Position numbers and translations under genes: made by a program
The notes under the pieces: model-generated
Seen by the model: only the letters and a program-made list of their open reading frames with translations
Told to the model about the DNA's origin: nothing
Databases searched by the model: none
Assembly: GCA_002269645.1 (NCBI GenBank)
Contig: NIVC01000178.1
Location: forward strand, 1-64,000
Source of the DNA: Macrostomum lignano
Taxonomy: Eukaryota
Length of the DNA: 64,000 nucleotides
Direction: 5' to 3'
Shown: positions 1 through 13,200 of the stretch, piece by piece
Numbering within the stretch: the stretch's first letter is position 1
Layout: each line of letters opens with the position of its first letter

Positions 1-1213
1 ATCTGAAGCAGTAGCTAGATTCCCTATTCTGCGCGGACAACGCCCTTCACCACAATGCCTGATGAGGCTGAAGTCTTCTTCAGCAGCACTACCTGTCCTT
101 GTAACCAGAAAGCAAGCTTCGTTTGATTATTAGCTGCATGCTTATCACCCGCGCAAGTGACCTGACGCCTGGGGCAACATCATACCCGCTGAGTCGTGCT
201 AGCATAATTGAAGCACTAAATTAACTTATATTGTGATCATATTGTCGCACAGGATACATAATGTCCATTACAATATCAGGCTTGAATTTAGCAGGTCAGA
301 TTTAAACTCCATCTCAGATTTTACATGCATATCGAGTTCATGCAGCAGTTGGAGAAGAGCCAAACCGAATACAAGTACATGTAATTACATATTCTTATTA
401 TGCTAGTTCTATAATGGTTGAAAATTATATATAGACGGTGCAGTCTAAGAGACAATTGCAGTATAATACGAGTATACCCCCTGCCAGTTTCCTTCCTAGG
501 GTACTGGCCAGTCTGCCAGTACCCTGCAGACAGGGTAGATTTAAATAAAAAACAAAAAAGGAACTTTCAGCGTTTCTTGTGTCTGTACAGCTCGTGCGCA
601 TACATTCTGCTTCATAATATCGTACAGCTAGTGGCGTTTTCAGAACACTTTTTTATTAACATACTGCAAAACGAGGGTTAGGAAGCATAGATGCTTTCTT
701 CTAAACTCTTTTTGTCATCTAGTATGCAACTATTTTTCGGATAGTATCCAGTCGAAGAGAGAAAAATTTCTGCAGTTTTTTGTGTCATGAGAGAAGGCTG
801 ACAACAAACCGGTTGGCAAAGGTTGAAATTCCGAACTGACACAGGCTCTATCCTTGCTGGCAAATGCATAGACTTTAGCAATACAAACGGGTTGATAGCG
901 AAAACAATCTAAAACAAAGTTTTAGCATCGTTCAATCGTAAAAACAGTTGGTTTAAAGACTGTAAGACAGCAGGACGGTAAATTTAAAATTTCATATGTC
1001 GTAATTACCACCGATTAATTTATTGTCAGATTTGTCAGATTTAGGTTGTAAAACGAAGTTTAAAAGCTATAGCTATCAAGAACGCTGGCGCCAACACTAA
1101 CCTTTGACTTTGTGATACTTGATATAGCTGCATCTACGAGCTACATGTACCAGCTTTCATCTGCCCCTGACATAGTCACGCTTTGCTCTTATGAGCGTTT
1201 AATCAACTCCGAT

Positions 1214-1937
1214 TCGCTTGAAGGTTAGTCTGTGGATCGCTTGAAGGTTAGTTAGTGTAGGGATCACTTGAAGGCTAGTCTGGGGATCACTTGAAGGTTA
1301 GTCTGGGGATCGCTTGAAGGTTAGTCTGTGGATCGCTTGAAGGTTAGTTAGTGTAGGGATCACTTGAAGGCTAGTCTGGGGATCACTTGAAGGTTAGTCT
1401 GGGGATCGCTTGAAGGTTAGTCTGGGATTGCTTGAAGGTTATTCTGGGATTGCTTGAAGGTTAGTCTGGGGATTGCTTGAAGGTTAGTCTGGGGATTGCT
1501 TGAAGGTTAGTCTGGGGATTGCTTGAAGGTTAGTCTGGGGATCGCTTGAAGGTTAGTCTGGGGCTCGCTTGAATGTTAGTCTGGGGATTGCTTGAAGGTT
1601 AGTCTGGGGATTGCTTGAAGGTTAGTCTGGGGATTGCTTGAAGGTTAGTCTGGGGATTGCTTGAAGGTTAGTCTGGGGATCGCTTGAAGGCTAGTCTGTG
1701 GATTGGTTGAAGGTTAGGCTGGGGTCGCTTGAAGGTTAGTCTGGGGATTGCTTGAAGGTTAGTCTGGGGATCGCTTGATAGTCTGTGGATTGGTTGAAAG
1801 TTAGTCTGGGGCTCGCTTGAAGGTTAGTCTGGGGATCGCTTGAAGGTTAGTCTGTGGATCGCTTGAAGGCTAGTCTGTGGATCGCTTGAAGGTTAGTCTG
1901 GGGATTGCTTGAAGGTTAGTCTGGGGATTGCTTGAAT
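1214..1937. repeat. 23-bp minisatellite, ~31 copies
   Basis: Unit approx. CGCTTGAAGGTTAGTCTGGGGAT repeated head to tail with point variants. Confidence 0.95.
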
Positions 1938-2274
1938 GAGTTAGTAAAGAAGGACGTGCGATCCCCAGTTGCATCATTGTCCTTTTAATAGGCTATTACT
2001 TCGATATTGACAACAAAGAGACACTAGTTGGTAGGTCAGTTCATTGCTCCTTCTAATTGGAAACCCAATTTAACACATTTAACGGCCGGGACTGTTGCAT
2101 CCAAGACCCCTTGCAAATGTCATGCACTTTGTGCACTTTCAGGATGATAGCTTAAGAGACATTGTCGCCTGTTTTCACTATGCAAGGCGCACTTCAAAGG
2201 GTATCTTTTTGTTCCGTGATTGGCGTGATGGCGGGAGGACTTGCTGAGCAGCTTCATTGGCGCTGAGGTCCTGG

Positions 2275-2571
2275 CAGTGCCAGCAGCCCAGTCTCGATTC
2301 ACAAGTGCAGTCACATTTTTGGAGCTAAATTGGAATTTCGGCTTGGCTCTGCTCGTGTAATTAACGTCATTGAGGGCCAACTCACAAGGCATAGTGAAGT
2401 GTACATGCCTAACAATAAATGAAGTTAGGGCTGCTGTGCACTCCTGTGTGAGTGTGTGCCTGTGCGTATGACTGCGTGCGCATCCGCGAGCTTGTATGCC
2501 TGCTCAGGGGAATCGGCGAAATGGGCAGTAATGACTCTCGCCGGTTGTGTGACAATGTCGCTTAAAGTGCG
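2275..2571 (+). mobile_element. SINE-like dispersed repeat, copy 1
   Basis: About 300 bp alignable by eye to 56069-56367, e.g. shared CTCCTGTGTGAGTGTGTGCCTGTGCGTATGACTGCGT and ATGACTCTCGCCGGTTGTGTGACAATGTCGCTTAAAGTGCG. B-box-like CTCGATTC near the 5' end. Confidence 0.6.
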
Positions 2572-2966
2572 TCAGGGTACACACAGCCCCTGCCTATAAC
2601 TAACACAATAAGGTCCCAGTGTACAGTAGGTCAGTGCTGATGGACGCTTGACCAAGGAGTAATCTGGTGGCTAACGGTTTCCTTCCAGGGTGATAGCGGC
2701 CTTGCAACTCTTTGCCTGTGTTTAGCAGGAAGTCCCAGCATTTTCTTCTTTTTCGGCCAATGGCTCTTAGTCAACGTGAAGCAACTAGTCGTATTCACAT
2801 GTTGTATATTTTTAAGGTCAATATTTACGATGAAAAAGTGATATTCGGTTGCAATTTATTGCACTTTTAATTTTTCAATATTTAAATTCTACAAGTCGAA
2901 CTGGGATAACATTCTTACTGCTTATCAATCTTTTCGTGCGCTTCATCAAAGTTTCATGCTCAGGAG

Positions 2967-5900
2967 TCACTTATTGTACAGCACTCCGTCCAGCCACAGC
3001 CCCAGTGCCTCGACGTCGCAGTCATCGGCGCTCATGTCGAACCAGTTCGTCGCCGGCCCGGACTCCCCGCCGTCCAGTCGCTGATTCGCCAGCGCCCGGT
3101 AGCGAGCTCTCGACCGGCTGTCCACCTGCGAGTGAATAAAGATCGATACTGTATGTCTCACTCACACACAGTAGTGAGGCAGAGCTGTCTCACTCACACA
3201 GCAGTGAGGTACAGCTGTCTCACTCACACAGCAGTGAGGCAAAGCTACTCAAAACTCACACCTGCTCACTCAGTCTCACCTGTCCAACCTGAACTACCAG
3301 CAGGCGGCGTCTGAACGAGTTCGCAGCGAGGAAGGCTTGGAACTCGCACTGCAGCTCGGCCTCGTCTCTGAGCCAGCTGAGCAGGCCGTTGCTGAGCAGC
3401 AGCACGAACTGGCGAGTTCGCTTCATCAGGAAGCTGTTGATGCGGCTGGCTGGCGAGGCGCCCTCGAAGTTGTCAGGCCAGCGAGCAGCCAGGGCCGCGT
3501 CATTGGTGCCGAGCCGAACGCCTTGGAGGCGACGAACGATGAGCTCGACGACGGTGTTCGAGCTCGAATCTGGGTCGGCTCGGGACTCGGAGTCAGAGGC
3601 GGACTCAGGAGCGGACAGGATGAAGACCTCCGGCACTTTGTCCGAGTGGAACGGCGGCCAGTCCCGAATCGTGCTCAGGATGGTGCGGCTTCCTTTATAT
3701 TGGTTATGTGATTATAGATTATATGGGTAATGGTGGAAATTCCGAGCTCATCGTTTTGAAGCCGATTTCAGAACAGTGCCGCAATAATTTGTGTACTTAC
3801 TTATAAAATCTATTGTCTGCTCAACGTCCACAATTAATGGCTGCCCCTCGCCTGGAAGGTCTAATAGCTCTTCAGGCTCCGATGCGGTCCCGACGGTAAT
3901 ATCAAGGCGGTCAGCTACCGCGGGCGTGGCCGCCGCTGAAGTCTCTGGCGGAACAGACGAGTCAAACACGAGAACGGCGGCCGGATCTCGGTTCCGAATG
4001 CGCTCGATGAGTCGGTATTCCCAGTCAACGGACTTGTATTCGATGTCGCTCCCTGCGAGGATTCTCTGCAGAGTGTGGAACGCCTCCACGTCCTCAGGTC
4101 CGAGCTGTCTCTGGCGCTGAAGCGACACTCTGCGCGAGCTCAGGCGCAGAAACACGATGTCCTTGAACGGATTCCGACCTAAGCTGTCGAGATCTCGAAT
4201 CACCTGACACAGAGCCAGGTACTGGGTGTCGAGAAACCTCTCGGACAAAGCCACCACCACCTTGCCGCTGAACTTGGCTCCCTCAGCCGGACAGTCAAAG
4301 TAGGTGAGCGGACAGGAGCACAGGTCCGAGTAGAGGAAGCTCTCCGGAACGCACAGCTCGAGCTCGTCTCCGCCCGAGGCGCTGCGCACGCAGTTCAGCA
4401 CGTCGACCAGACAGTCCTGGTCTCTGTCCGACGCCCACAGCATCGCGTCGTACGGCAGCGAGTCCCGAGATGTCTGCTGCTGCAGTCGCCGACTGCTCTG
4501 GTACTTGAGGAGGATGAGGACTCGAACCACGGCCAGCAGTCGGTGTCGACGGCGGACAGCGAGCACCGCGAAACCGAGCAGCGCGAGACCGAATAATGAG
4601 GACAGAATGATCAGGACGATCTGCCTTCGCTGCTGTGCTGCCGAGTCCGCTATAAGCTCGCACACCCTGACGAGTCCGCCCTCATCGCTCACTGGATAGT
4701 CGCGAGATCCATTGCTTAAAAGAATTTTTTGGCAATCAAGTCGCCAGGCATCATTCCATCTGTTCAATTCGCAGGCTTCAATAATTGCCGGATCCACTTG
4801 GCAACGCATACTTTCGAAATCTGGGACAACTTGCGTTGTGCGCGCCACACTAATTAGAGATTTGTGAAGACTTGTCCACATTTCGTTACACTGACAGTGC
4901 CACGGATTGCTGCTGATCTTGAGTTCGTTTAAATTTGGAAGACAGCTAGAATTTAACAAATAGGGGTCAATCCAAGTTAGGTTGTTTCTCAATAGACTTA
5001 GCCGAATCAGATCTGAATTCGGTGAGCAGAAAGCTTTTGCCGGTACTTTTTCAAGCCTGTTGTCGTCCAAGTATAGAAACTTTATCGAAGTTTTATCTAC
5101 GAACGCATTCTCTTCGATGTAGCGAATGTTGCTATTGTTGAAAAACAAAACTACTAAGGCATCGCGGAGTTTTGGTGTTTCCCATTTCAGTGTGGAATTT
5201 GTTATTCTGTGGAAATAGTCGGACTCCCTGATTCCGGAAAAGTACATGTACTTTACAGGGATGCGCAGCAGTATGCTGACCATGTTTACATCAATATTGG
5301 TACAGTTGAGGTCGGACAACTCCCACTTGGCCGTGTGGTAGCAGCTGCAGTCGGGTACGCAAGTCTCCCAACACTCAAACGTGCTGTTAGTCAGGCCTGT
5401 TATGGGGATTGGTTCATTTGCGTACGACGCATACTGAGATTGTGGGGGTTGTTCGCAGTATTTTTTCGGTAATTTCTGTTCATAGTCGCCACTGAAGGCA
5501 CATAAGAACTCGCGGTACGATGCACCACTTAGTTTTCTAGTTGAGTTAGCACCGTCCTTCAAGAAGAATAGGCATGACGTAATTTCCAATTCGTGCTTAG
5601 GGATCGCTGGATAGTGGTAGTTAGTCCTTTCCAAGTCGGTCTCTTCCTCTGTTATGTAAGCGTAGACGTGATAGCAGTTGCAGACCGTTTTAACCTTTTG
5701 CCCGCTTATTAACAAGACAACACGAGAGCTTAAGGTTGGACGCTCCGACATGTTGAAGCTGTATGCATACATATTTTCTAAGCTATTGTTCCTTAGATCT
5801 ATTGTCTCCAAGGCTGGACGATTGTTGAAAGCGTTGTAGGAAATCGAGCTGATTGAATTGTTGGTCAGATTGATCCACCTAAGCCTTTCCGACTGGGGAA

Positions 5901-7858
5901 TGGAACTGAGCTCGATATTTGCCAGGCCACCATTTCGAATGCTCAGAGTCTCCAGGCGGCTCAAGCACTTTAAATGAATGTAGGGCAGTTGGTTGTCGTC
6001 GAGGTTAAGCGCCAGCAGGCTCTTTGACAGCAGCGAATAGCTGAATGCGTCCGAATTGATGCTCACAATAAAATTATTCTGCAGGTACAGCTCGGCCAGT
6101 GCCACCTAGATGTGACGAGTTGGGTTTTAAACTTGCTGGGTATCTTTTTTTACTAGAACAATTGTCGCGGCGTCATTTAAAGGTATCCGAGAAGATAGAA
6201 ACAGCTAGTAGAATTTAGAACAATGTCCGTTTAAAGACATTGTGGGTTGTCAACAGGTTTTATTATAAAACCCCAATACGAGGCTATCAAGAGAACTAGC
6301 GGTAAGCCCGTCTGACTCTCGCGCAACGACCCCTGGTTCGATTCCGCGCGCGGCCTCATACATTTGGGGCTTGTGTGCACGAAAAATGGTTGGGGGGGGG
6401 GGGTTTGTGCACTTCACACCCTGTGTGAGCGAGTGCATGAGTGAGTGCCTGCGTACAGTATTGGAGCGCTTGTGGAGTCAGTGGAATGAACAGAATGGCC
6501 TCAGCGTTGGTTGTGGGACAATGTCGCCGAAGACGTGCCTACAGCCATCCTGCGAATGAAAATATGAATAATATTTTTTCAATGCACCTTACCCCGTGCC
6601 AAGGTTGAATTTCGCCAATTTGTTTGATTCGATTGTAAGAAAGGTTCAGCACTTTCAGAGTCTGCCTGGATCCTCTGAACCAATAGCAGTGTCTGGTAGA
6701 GTTTGCCTTGTCTTCCTCGCGTATAGGAGGGTACCAGCACAGCCAGCTGTGATACAGCCTGCGTATTTTGTTGTGACTAAGGTCAATTGCATTTAAATTG
6801 CCAAACATGCTGATAGAAAAAGGGATCTCGGTCAGCTCATTGTATTGCAAGTTCAAGTAACTGAGAGCTACGTCGAACGGAATGTCGGAGGGAGAAAAGC
6901 CACTGCCCAGGCTGATGGTTCGGTAGCCGAATAGCAGCGAAAAGCTGATGTTGAATGAGTCCATCATGTCGTACAGATTGATTACCAAGTTCAGTTTGCC
7001 GGAGTCCTGCCTCATCTTACGCAGTCGTTTAATAGCCTCTGCTACTTGAGGATTCTCAGTGACTGGCTGCGGACCAACTCGTTGCAGATATTCATCTAGA
7101 GCCGTCAGCGCTTTCGACAAAGCGTCATCGGCAAACGTTCTCACGCTGCAGTTGCGCAGGGTCAAGCTATCGATTGACCGAAGGGCCAGTAGGTCAGTCA
7201 TCGATACCCACGTGATCGGCGACTCAACGATGCTTACACTACGAATGTACTGGCATTTGTGTAGAACATAGGCGGGCAAGTACCACATACTGCTCCGTCT
7301 GATGTGCAGGTAAGTCAGCCAACAATCGGACGCGTTGAAATCAGTCGGGTAGGTGACATTCACGGTGTAGTAGCCACCAACACCCGGATGTTGTGGCACA
7401 CCGAACTGTGCTATCTCCATGCCTTCAGTGACGCTGACATTCTCAGCTCTCAACTGCATCATTCTAATATTGAGACTGTTGACCCGACAATCGTTCAGTG
7501 AAATCTCCGACGGCGGATAAAAGTTTATCTGCTGGTCATCGTCATAATGAGCTCGAGTCATCTCGTGCATGTTCACTGAGACGCAGTTGCTGCAACCGGA
7601 GCAGCTGATGTTTAGGTGAGCAATCACTTTTGTAGGCAGGTTGGAGCAGCTGATGCTGCTATTTGCTGCCGTTAATCCTTTTTTAACGATCTCGCACAAG
7701 AAGTCGTATTCCGAAGAAACCGTATGACATCGACAGTCGTACGTGCGGCTGTAGTCGTGAAGAAAATCGACATAGCTCGGCAAAGAAGATTCACCGTGCA
7801 AACAGCAGCTGCTGAGAAGCAGCAGAGGCAGGGCTAGAGACACAAGATAGCGAGGCAT
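2967..7858 (-). CDS. Toll-like receptor: signal peptide, two LRR blocks with cysteine clusters, TM helix, TIR-like domain and second TIR-like domain; ~1380 aa
   Basis: Model complement(join(2967..3125,3280..3692,3801..6105,6593..7858)), 4143 nt, in frame. Donors GTAAGG, GTAAGT, GTGAGA and acceptors CTAG, TAAAG, CGCAG have matching phases. Signal MPRYLVSLALPLLLLSSCC; LRRs such as LSYLNLQYNELTEIP and LKVLNLSYNRIKQI; internal CNC and CVPDCSC clusters; NPWHCQC cap; TM IVLIILSSLFGLALLGFAVLAV; TIR box1-like YDAMLWAS. Confidence 0.85.
3149..3245. repeat. 30-bp tandem repeat (~3 copies) in TLR intron 3
   Basis: CTGTCTCACTCACACAGCAGTGAGG(C/T)A(G/C)AG repeated. Confidence 0.85.
6280..6358 (+). pseudogene. 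Degenerate tRNA-like sequence or tRNA-derived SINE head in TLR intron 1
   Basis: GAGGCT...GGCCTC acceptor-stem-like pairing, A-box-like TAGCGGTAAG and B-box GGTTCGATTCC. The D, anticodon and T stems pair poorly, so it is not called a functional tRNA. Confidence 0.5.
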
Positions 7859-7921
7859 TGTCAGTCAGATAAACTTTAAAGGCGTTATTTCTGACCTCCG
7901 CAGCCGAGTCCAGCTTTATTA

Positions 7922-7929
7922 TATTTATA
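7922..7929 (-). promoter_or_regulatory. Candidate TATA box of the TLR gene
   Basis: TATAAATA on the minus strand ~65 bp upstream of the ATG at 7858. Confidence 0.35.
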
Positions 7930-9025
7930 CAAAAGCCTAGGCTCTTAAAAATAGGTATTCTATCACAGCACCCATACAATTTAACTAGCTCGTAGACAGT
8001 AAACGCTGCCCAACGGCAAACCTAACTAAGAGAGAAACCCTATTGGCAAGCTGCATTTCCTTATTCCATATTAGGAAACTCACTTATATGCAAAATTCTA
8101 ACCCTAGGAAGGGCCTGGATCCTTATATATCAAAACTTCATTACAGAAGCCAGGATTCTGGATCCACGTTTATTTCAAACTGAACAAACTGATATAAACT
8201 GAATTCCAAGCTGGCATGATAAGAGAAGCAAGAAAAGTTATAAGCAACATACGCTCGTACATGCAGTGTATATACATGTAGCTACCGGGAGCTTTTCGTC
8301 CTAAGTAGCACTTCGTCAGGGTAGATTTTAACTTGAAACGAAAGAGTGAACAAACAACATTAATTGTATATATATATACATATATCAGATACTTGGGTTG
8401 ATAAGACAGGAAACACTGGAATGAGGTAAATTATGCTTTGGTACTTGTAGTAGTTTTGATGAGCCAGTCCAGTGGGCAAGCCAAGGGGCGTACAGGAAAG
8501 TGCAACCACTCATGTCACGTACGGTCAATTCATAATCTTGTCCTGAAGAGTTCTGAACCTAATGCTCCTTAGCCCTCATATACAACTGTCGTTAAGTTTT
8601 CTCCAGCATAGGTGGTGCACTGGTTCTCAGAGCAAATCAATTGGTAGACGACACGGTATTTCAATCTGCTGACAGATCGATGGCAAGGCTTCTCAGTGCG
8701 AAAAACATTAAGTTAACAACACCACCACATTAAAACTGAATAAATTGTCACTAGAATTGATATTTTATTGATTCAAACAGTCCAGGAAAAAACTTTGAGA
8801 GTTGACACTAGCTTCCGGTTCCGTAAAAAGCTTGATCATAGCATCAAGGTACTTCCATCACTAACATCTAATTAACCGTGCTAACGATAGAAACAATAGG
8901 TACCAGAGGGTGGTCTACCTAAGGATTGGAACGAGCTATGTCTTAGTTATGTAGTCACAGATACATAGCCTTCAAGGACACCACAGCCTTTATTATAAGT
9001 AAGTACTCGTAATTTTGAGTTAGCT

Positions 9026-9835
9026 AATTAGATCCCATAGACATTTGAGCTGTGTCAGCCAATTAGATCCCATAGACACCTGATTTGGTGAGCCAATTAG
9101 ATCCCATAGACACCTGATTTGGTGAGCTAACTAGATCCCATAGACACCTGATTTGGTGAGCCAATTAGATCCCATAGACACCTGATTTGGTGAGCTAACT
9201 AGATCCCTTAGACACCTGATTTGGTGAGCTAACTAGATCCCATAGACACCTGATTTGGTGAGCCAATTAGATCCCATAGACACCTGATTTGGTGAGCCAA
9301 TTAGATCCCATAGACACCTGATTTGGTGAGCCAATTAGATCCCATAGACACCTGATTTGGTGAGCTAACTAGATCCCTTAGACACCTGATTTGGTGAGCT
9401 AACTAGATCCCATAGACACCTGATTTGGTGAGCCAATTAGATCCCATAGACACCTGATTTGGTGAGCTAACTAGATCCCATAGACACCTGATTTGGTGAG
9501 CCAATTAGATCCCATAGACACCTGATTTGGTGAGCTAACTAGATCCCTTAGACACCTGATTTGGTGAGCCAATTAGATCCCTTAGACACCTGATTTGGTG
9601 AGCTAACTAGATCCCATAGACACCTGATTTGGTGAGCCAATTAGATCCCTTAGACACCTGATTTGGTGAGCTAACTAGATCCCATAGACACCTGATTTGG
9701 TGAGCCAATTAGATCCCATAGACACCTGATTTGGTGAGCTAACTAGATCCCTTAGACACCTGATTTGGTGAGCTAACTAGATCCCTTAGACACCTGATTT
9801 GGTGAGCCAACTAGATCCCTTAGACACCTGATTTA
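9026..9835. repeat. 34-bp minisatellite, ~23 copies
   Basis: Unit AATTAGATCCCATAGACACCTGATTTGGTGAGCC; a CTAACT/CCAATT variant alternates. Confidence 0.95.
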
Positions 9836-10218
9836 GCACCTTTGCAAGAGAATAAGATCTCATTAACACCTTATTATTTGGCACCCTGAATTTAGATCGG
9901 TAAGTTTAAAAAAGTAGCTAAGTAACTTTATAACTTCATAACTTATAGTTTTGGCACAAAATTATTAAAATATTCAACCGACAGGTAAACAGGTCAATTT
10001 GGTCAAAAAGGTAATATATTTAAACTTCAATACGAGCTATACTCGTACTTCTACAGATCAAATTAACTAAACATTATTGCAGGAAGAATATTTTTCAAAA
10101 AACAAATACATTACAGGTAATACATTATAGAATAAAAACTTTACGCGGAATACCAGTATTAGTTAGACAAAGCTCTTGAAAAAGATGTCCCTGCTACTGT
10201 GAGTAGTAAGTTATATTC

Positions 10219-13200
10219 CTAGCGAAACTCCGGCTTCAGAGTCCACATCCCGCTGGGCCGATCGAAGTCGCACATCTGTCGCAGCAGAGCTCGAAGCAGG
10301 TGGCCCTCGTCTGGTCGCAAAATCTCGCCAACTACGTCGCTACTCATACTACTTGAAGTAGAAAAGCTGAAATGCCTAGCAATCTCGGAGCTGTCCCTGC
10401 GGCAGTCCTGCACCAGCGTGTGAAACACTCGAATGCTGCTGGCCAGATCCACGGCGCGCCGGTTCAGACCGCCCGCCTGGCCGAGGCCAGCCGACTGTTG
10501 CTGCTGACGGCGGAGCCGGAGGTCGATGAGTAGGAACAGGTCGTCAGATGAGTAGCGAACTCGGCCAGTTGACAGCAGGGCGGCACCGGAGAAGTGGCTC
10601 TCGACTGAGTTGGGGCAGCGGCGGGTGGAACTACGAGCTAAGTATGTAGAGATCTCCAAATACGGTACAAAGTGAACTACTATAAGTAGTAACATAAAAA
10701 TGCGAAAACTTAATTTTAGAATCTAAAAATATCAAGTGATCATACTCCATTTTTAGAAGACCACGAAACAACGAGTGATCATCTTATGCAACATTTCTAA
10801 AAATAGAATTGACGCGCAAAACCTATATAGTTTATTCTATGCAATTTTCGAGAGGTCAAAATTCCAAAACGCAAATGAGTCACCTTCCCAAAATAACCTG
10901 TTTACCCCAAAAGTTTACTATAAATACAAGCCAAAATCCGAGTCAAAATCTCAGACTCGGACCTGCCTCCAAAGATGTTGAAGCTTGCTGGAACAGCTAA
11001 GCGAGGCTACATCTCTGAGGAAATAAATACCGTTCGGTAAGCCTTTGTTCGAGCCTTTGTTATTTGGATTACTGAGAGCGATTTTATTGCCGGCCGTTAT
11101 TGATCAGTTTATTCAACTGAGTTCATTGAATTTGAGGCCTCCCATTTTCCTAAGGGATTGGATGGGATCTGCGGACCGATTCCGATACCCTTAGAGGATT
11201 ATCGAGTTGATTGATTTTGGTTATCCTAGATTAACCGATAGGAGCACACCACTCCGATTCCGTTATTTCTAGAAGAAGACGCCTTTCTTGGAGGACCTCG
11301 TTATTATCACAGAAGTTGATCTTGTTATTAGGGCGCATTGTTGATATTGATTATTGAACCTAAGGCCTATATTGGTTTGCATTCGAGAAATACTGCGACG
11401 TCGCCAGACTTGATTGTTACGCTCTCACTTTCGGCCGATTCTAGACTTCAAGAAGATTCCTCCGGAGAAGAAGATTTAAAGAAACGAGCTCGGAGAACCT
11501 GCCCAACACAGAAGAGGAGCCCGCCACAGTAAGTGAACACCTTATTCTGTTCCCAGGCTCAAGTGTCTGGAAGTGGGAGTTTTCTGGAGACTGATCACCT
11601 CCCGAATCAACTCTTCAAGTATTTTATTGTGCGTGTAAGACAATTTTGCGGCTGGAAGCCACATCAGAAGTGTCATAAAATATCCCTAAAAGCAACACCG
11701 GGAGTGTCATAAAATATCCCCAAAAGCAACACCGGGAGTGTCATAAAATATCCCTAAAGGTGACACCGGGAGTGTCATAAAATATCCCCAAAAGCAACAC
11801 CGGGAGTGTCATAAAATATCCCTAAAGGTGACACCGGGAGTGTCATAAAATATCCCAAAAGCAACACCGGGAGTGTCATAAAATATCCCTAAAAGCAACA
11901 CCGGGAGTGTCATAAAATATCCCCAAAAGCAACACCGGGAGTGTCATAAAATATCCCTAAAAGCAACACCGGAAGTGTCATAAAATATCCCTAAAAGCAA
12001 CACCGGGAGTGTCATAAAATATCCCTAAAAGCAACACCGGGAGTGTCATAAAATATCCCCAAAAGCAACACCGGGAGTGTCATAAAATATCCCTAAAGGT
12101 GACACCGGGAGTGTCATAAAATATCCCCAAAAGCAACACCGGGAGTGTCATAAAATATCCCTAAAGGTGACACCGGGAGTGTCATAAAATATCCCCAAAA
12201 GCAACACCGGGAGTGTCATAAAATATCCCTAAAAGCAACACCGGGAGTGTCATAAAATATCCCCAAAAGCAACACCGGGAGTGTCATAAAATATCCCTAA
12301 AAGCAACACCGGAAGTGTCATAAAATATCCCTAAAAGCAACACCGGGAGTGTCATAAAATATCCCTAAAAGCAACACCGGGAGTGTCATAAAATATCCCT
12401 AAAAGCAACACCGGGAGTGTCATAAAATATCCCCAAAATCAACACCGGAAATTACGTTAAATGTTGCTTCAGACAACACCAAACATACAGTATTTGGTTG
12501 TCACTTGATAGCAACACCGGAAGTACCATTGGTTGTCACTTAAAGCAACACCGGAAGTACTATTTAGTTATCACTTAAAGCAACACCGGAAGTACTATTT
12601 GGTTGTCACTTGAAGCAACACCGGAAGTACCATTGGTTATCACTTAAAGCAACACCGGAAGTACTATTTAGTTATCACTTAAAGCAACACCGGAAGTACT
12701 ATTTGGTTGTCACTTGAAGCAACACCGGAAGTACTATTTGGTTATCACTTGAAGTAACACCGGAAGTACTATTTGGTTATCACTTAAAGCAACACCGGAA
12801 GTACTATTTAGTTATCACTTAAAGCAACACCGGAAGTACTATTTGGTTATCACTTAAAGCAACACCGGAAGTACTATTTGGTTGTCACTTGAAGCAACAC
12901 CGGAAGTACTATTTGGTTATCACTTAAAGCAATACTGGAAGTACTATTTGGTTATCACTTAAAGCAACACCGGAAGTACTATTTGGTTATTACTTAAAGC
13001 AACACTGGAAGTACTATTTAGTTATCACTTAAAGCAACACCGGAAGTACTATTTGGTTGTCACTTGAAGCAACACCGGAAGTACTATTTGGTTGTCACTT
13101 GAAGCAACACCGGAAGTACTATTTGGTTGTCACTTAAAGCAACACTGGAAGTACTATTTGGTTATTACTTAAAGCAACACTGGAAGTACTATTTAGTTAT

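Noticed and set aside
418-881. Short ORFs at the window start
   Set aside because: No motifs, splice context or codon-like bias.
3337-4699. Plus-strand and alternate-frame ORFs over the TIR region (and similar shadows over other GC-rich exons)
   Set aside because: Antisense or frame shadows of GC-rich coding sequence with no independent motifs.
6280-6358. Functional tRNA-Glu(CTC)
   Set aside because: The anticodon, D and T stems do not pair properly; treated as a pseudogene or SINE head.
11000-11640. Possible decayed Arg/Ser-rich gag-like coding remnant
   Set aside because: Multiple stops in all frames and no diagnostic motif; needs a translated search.
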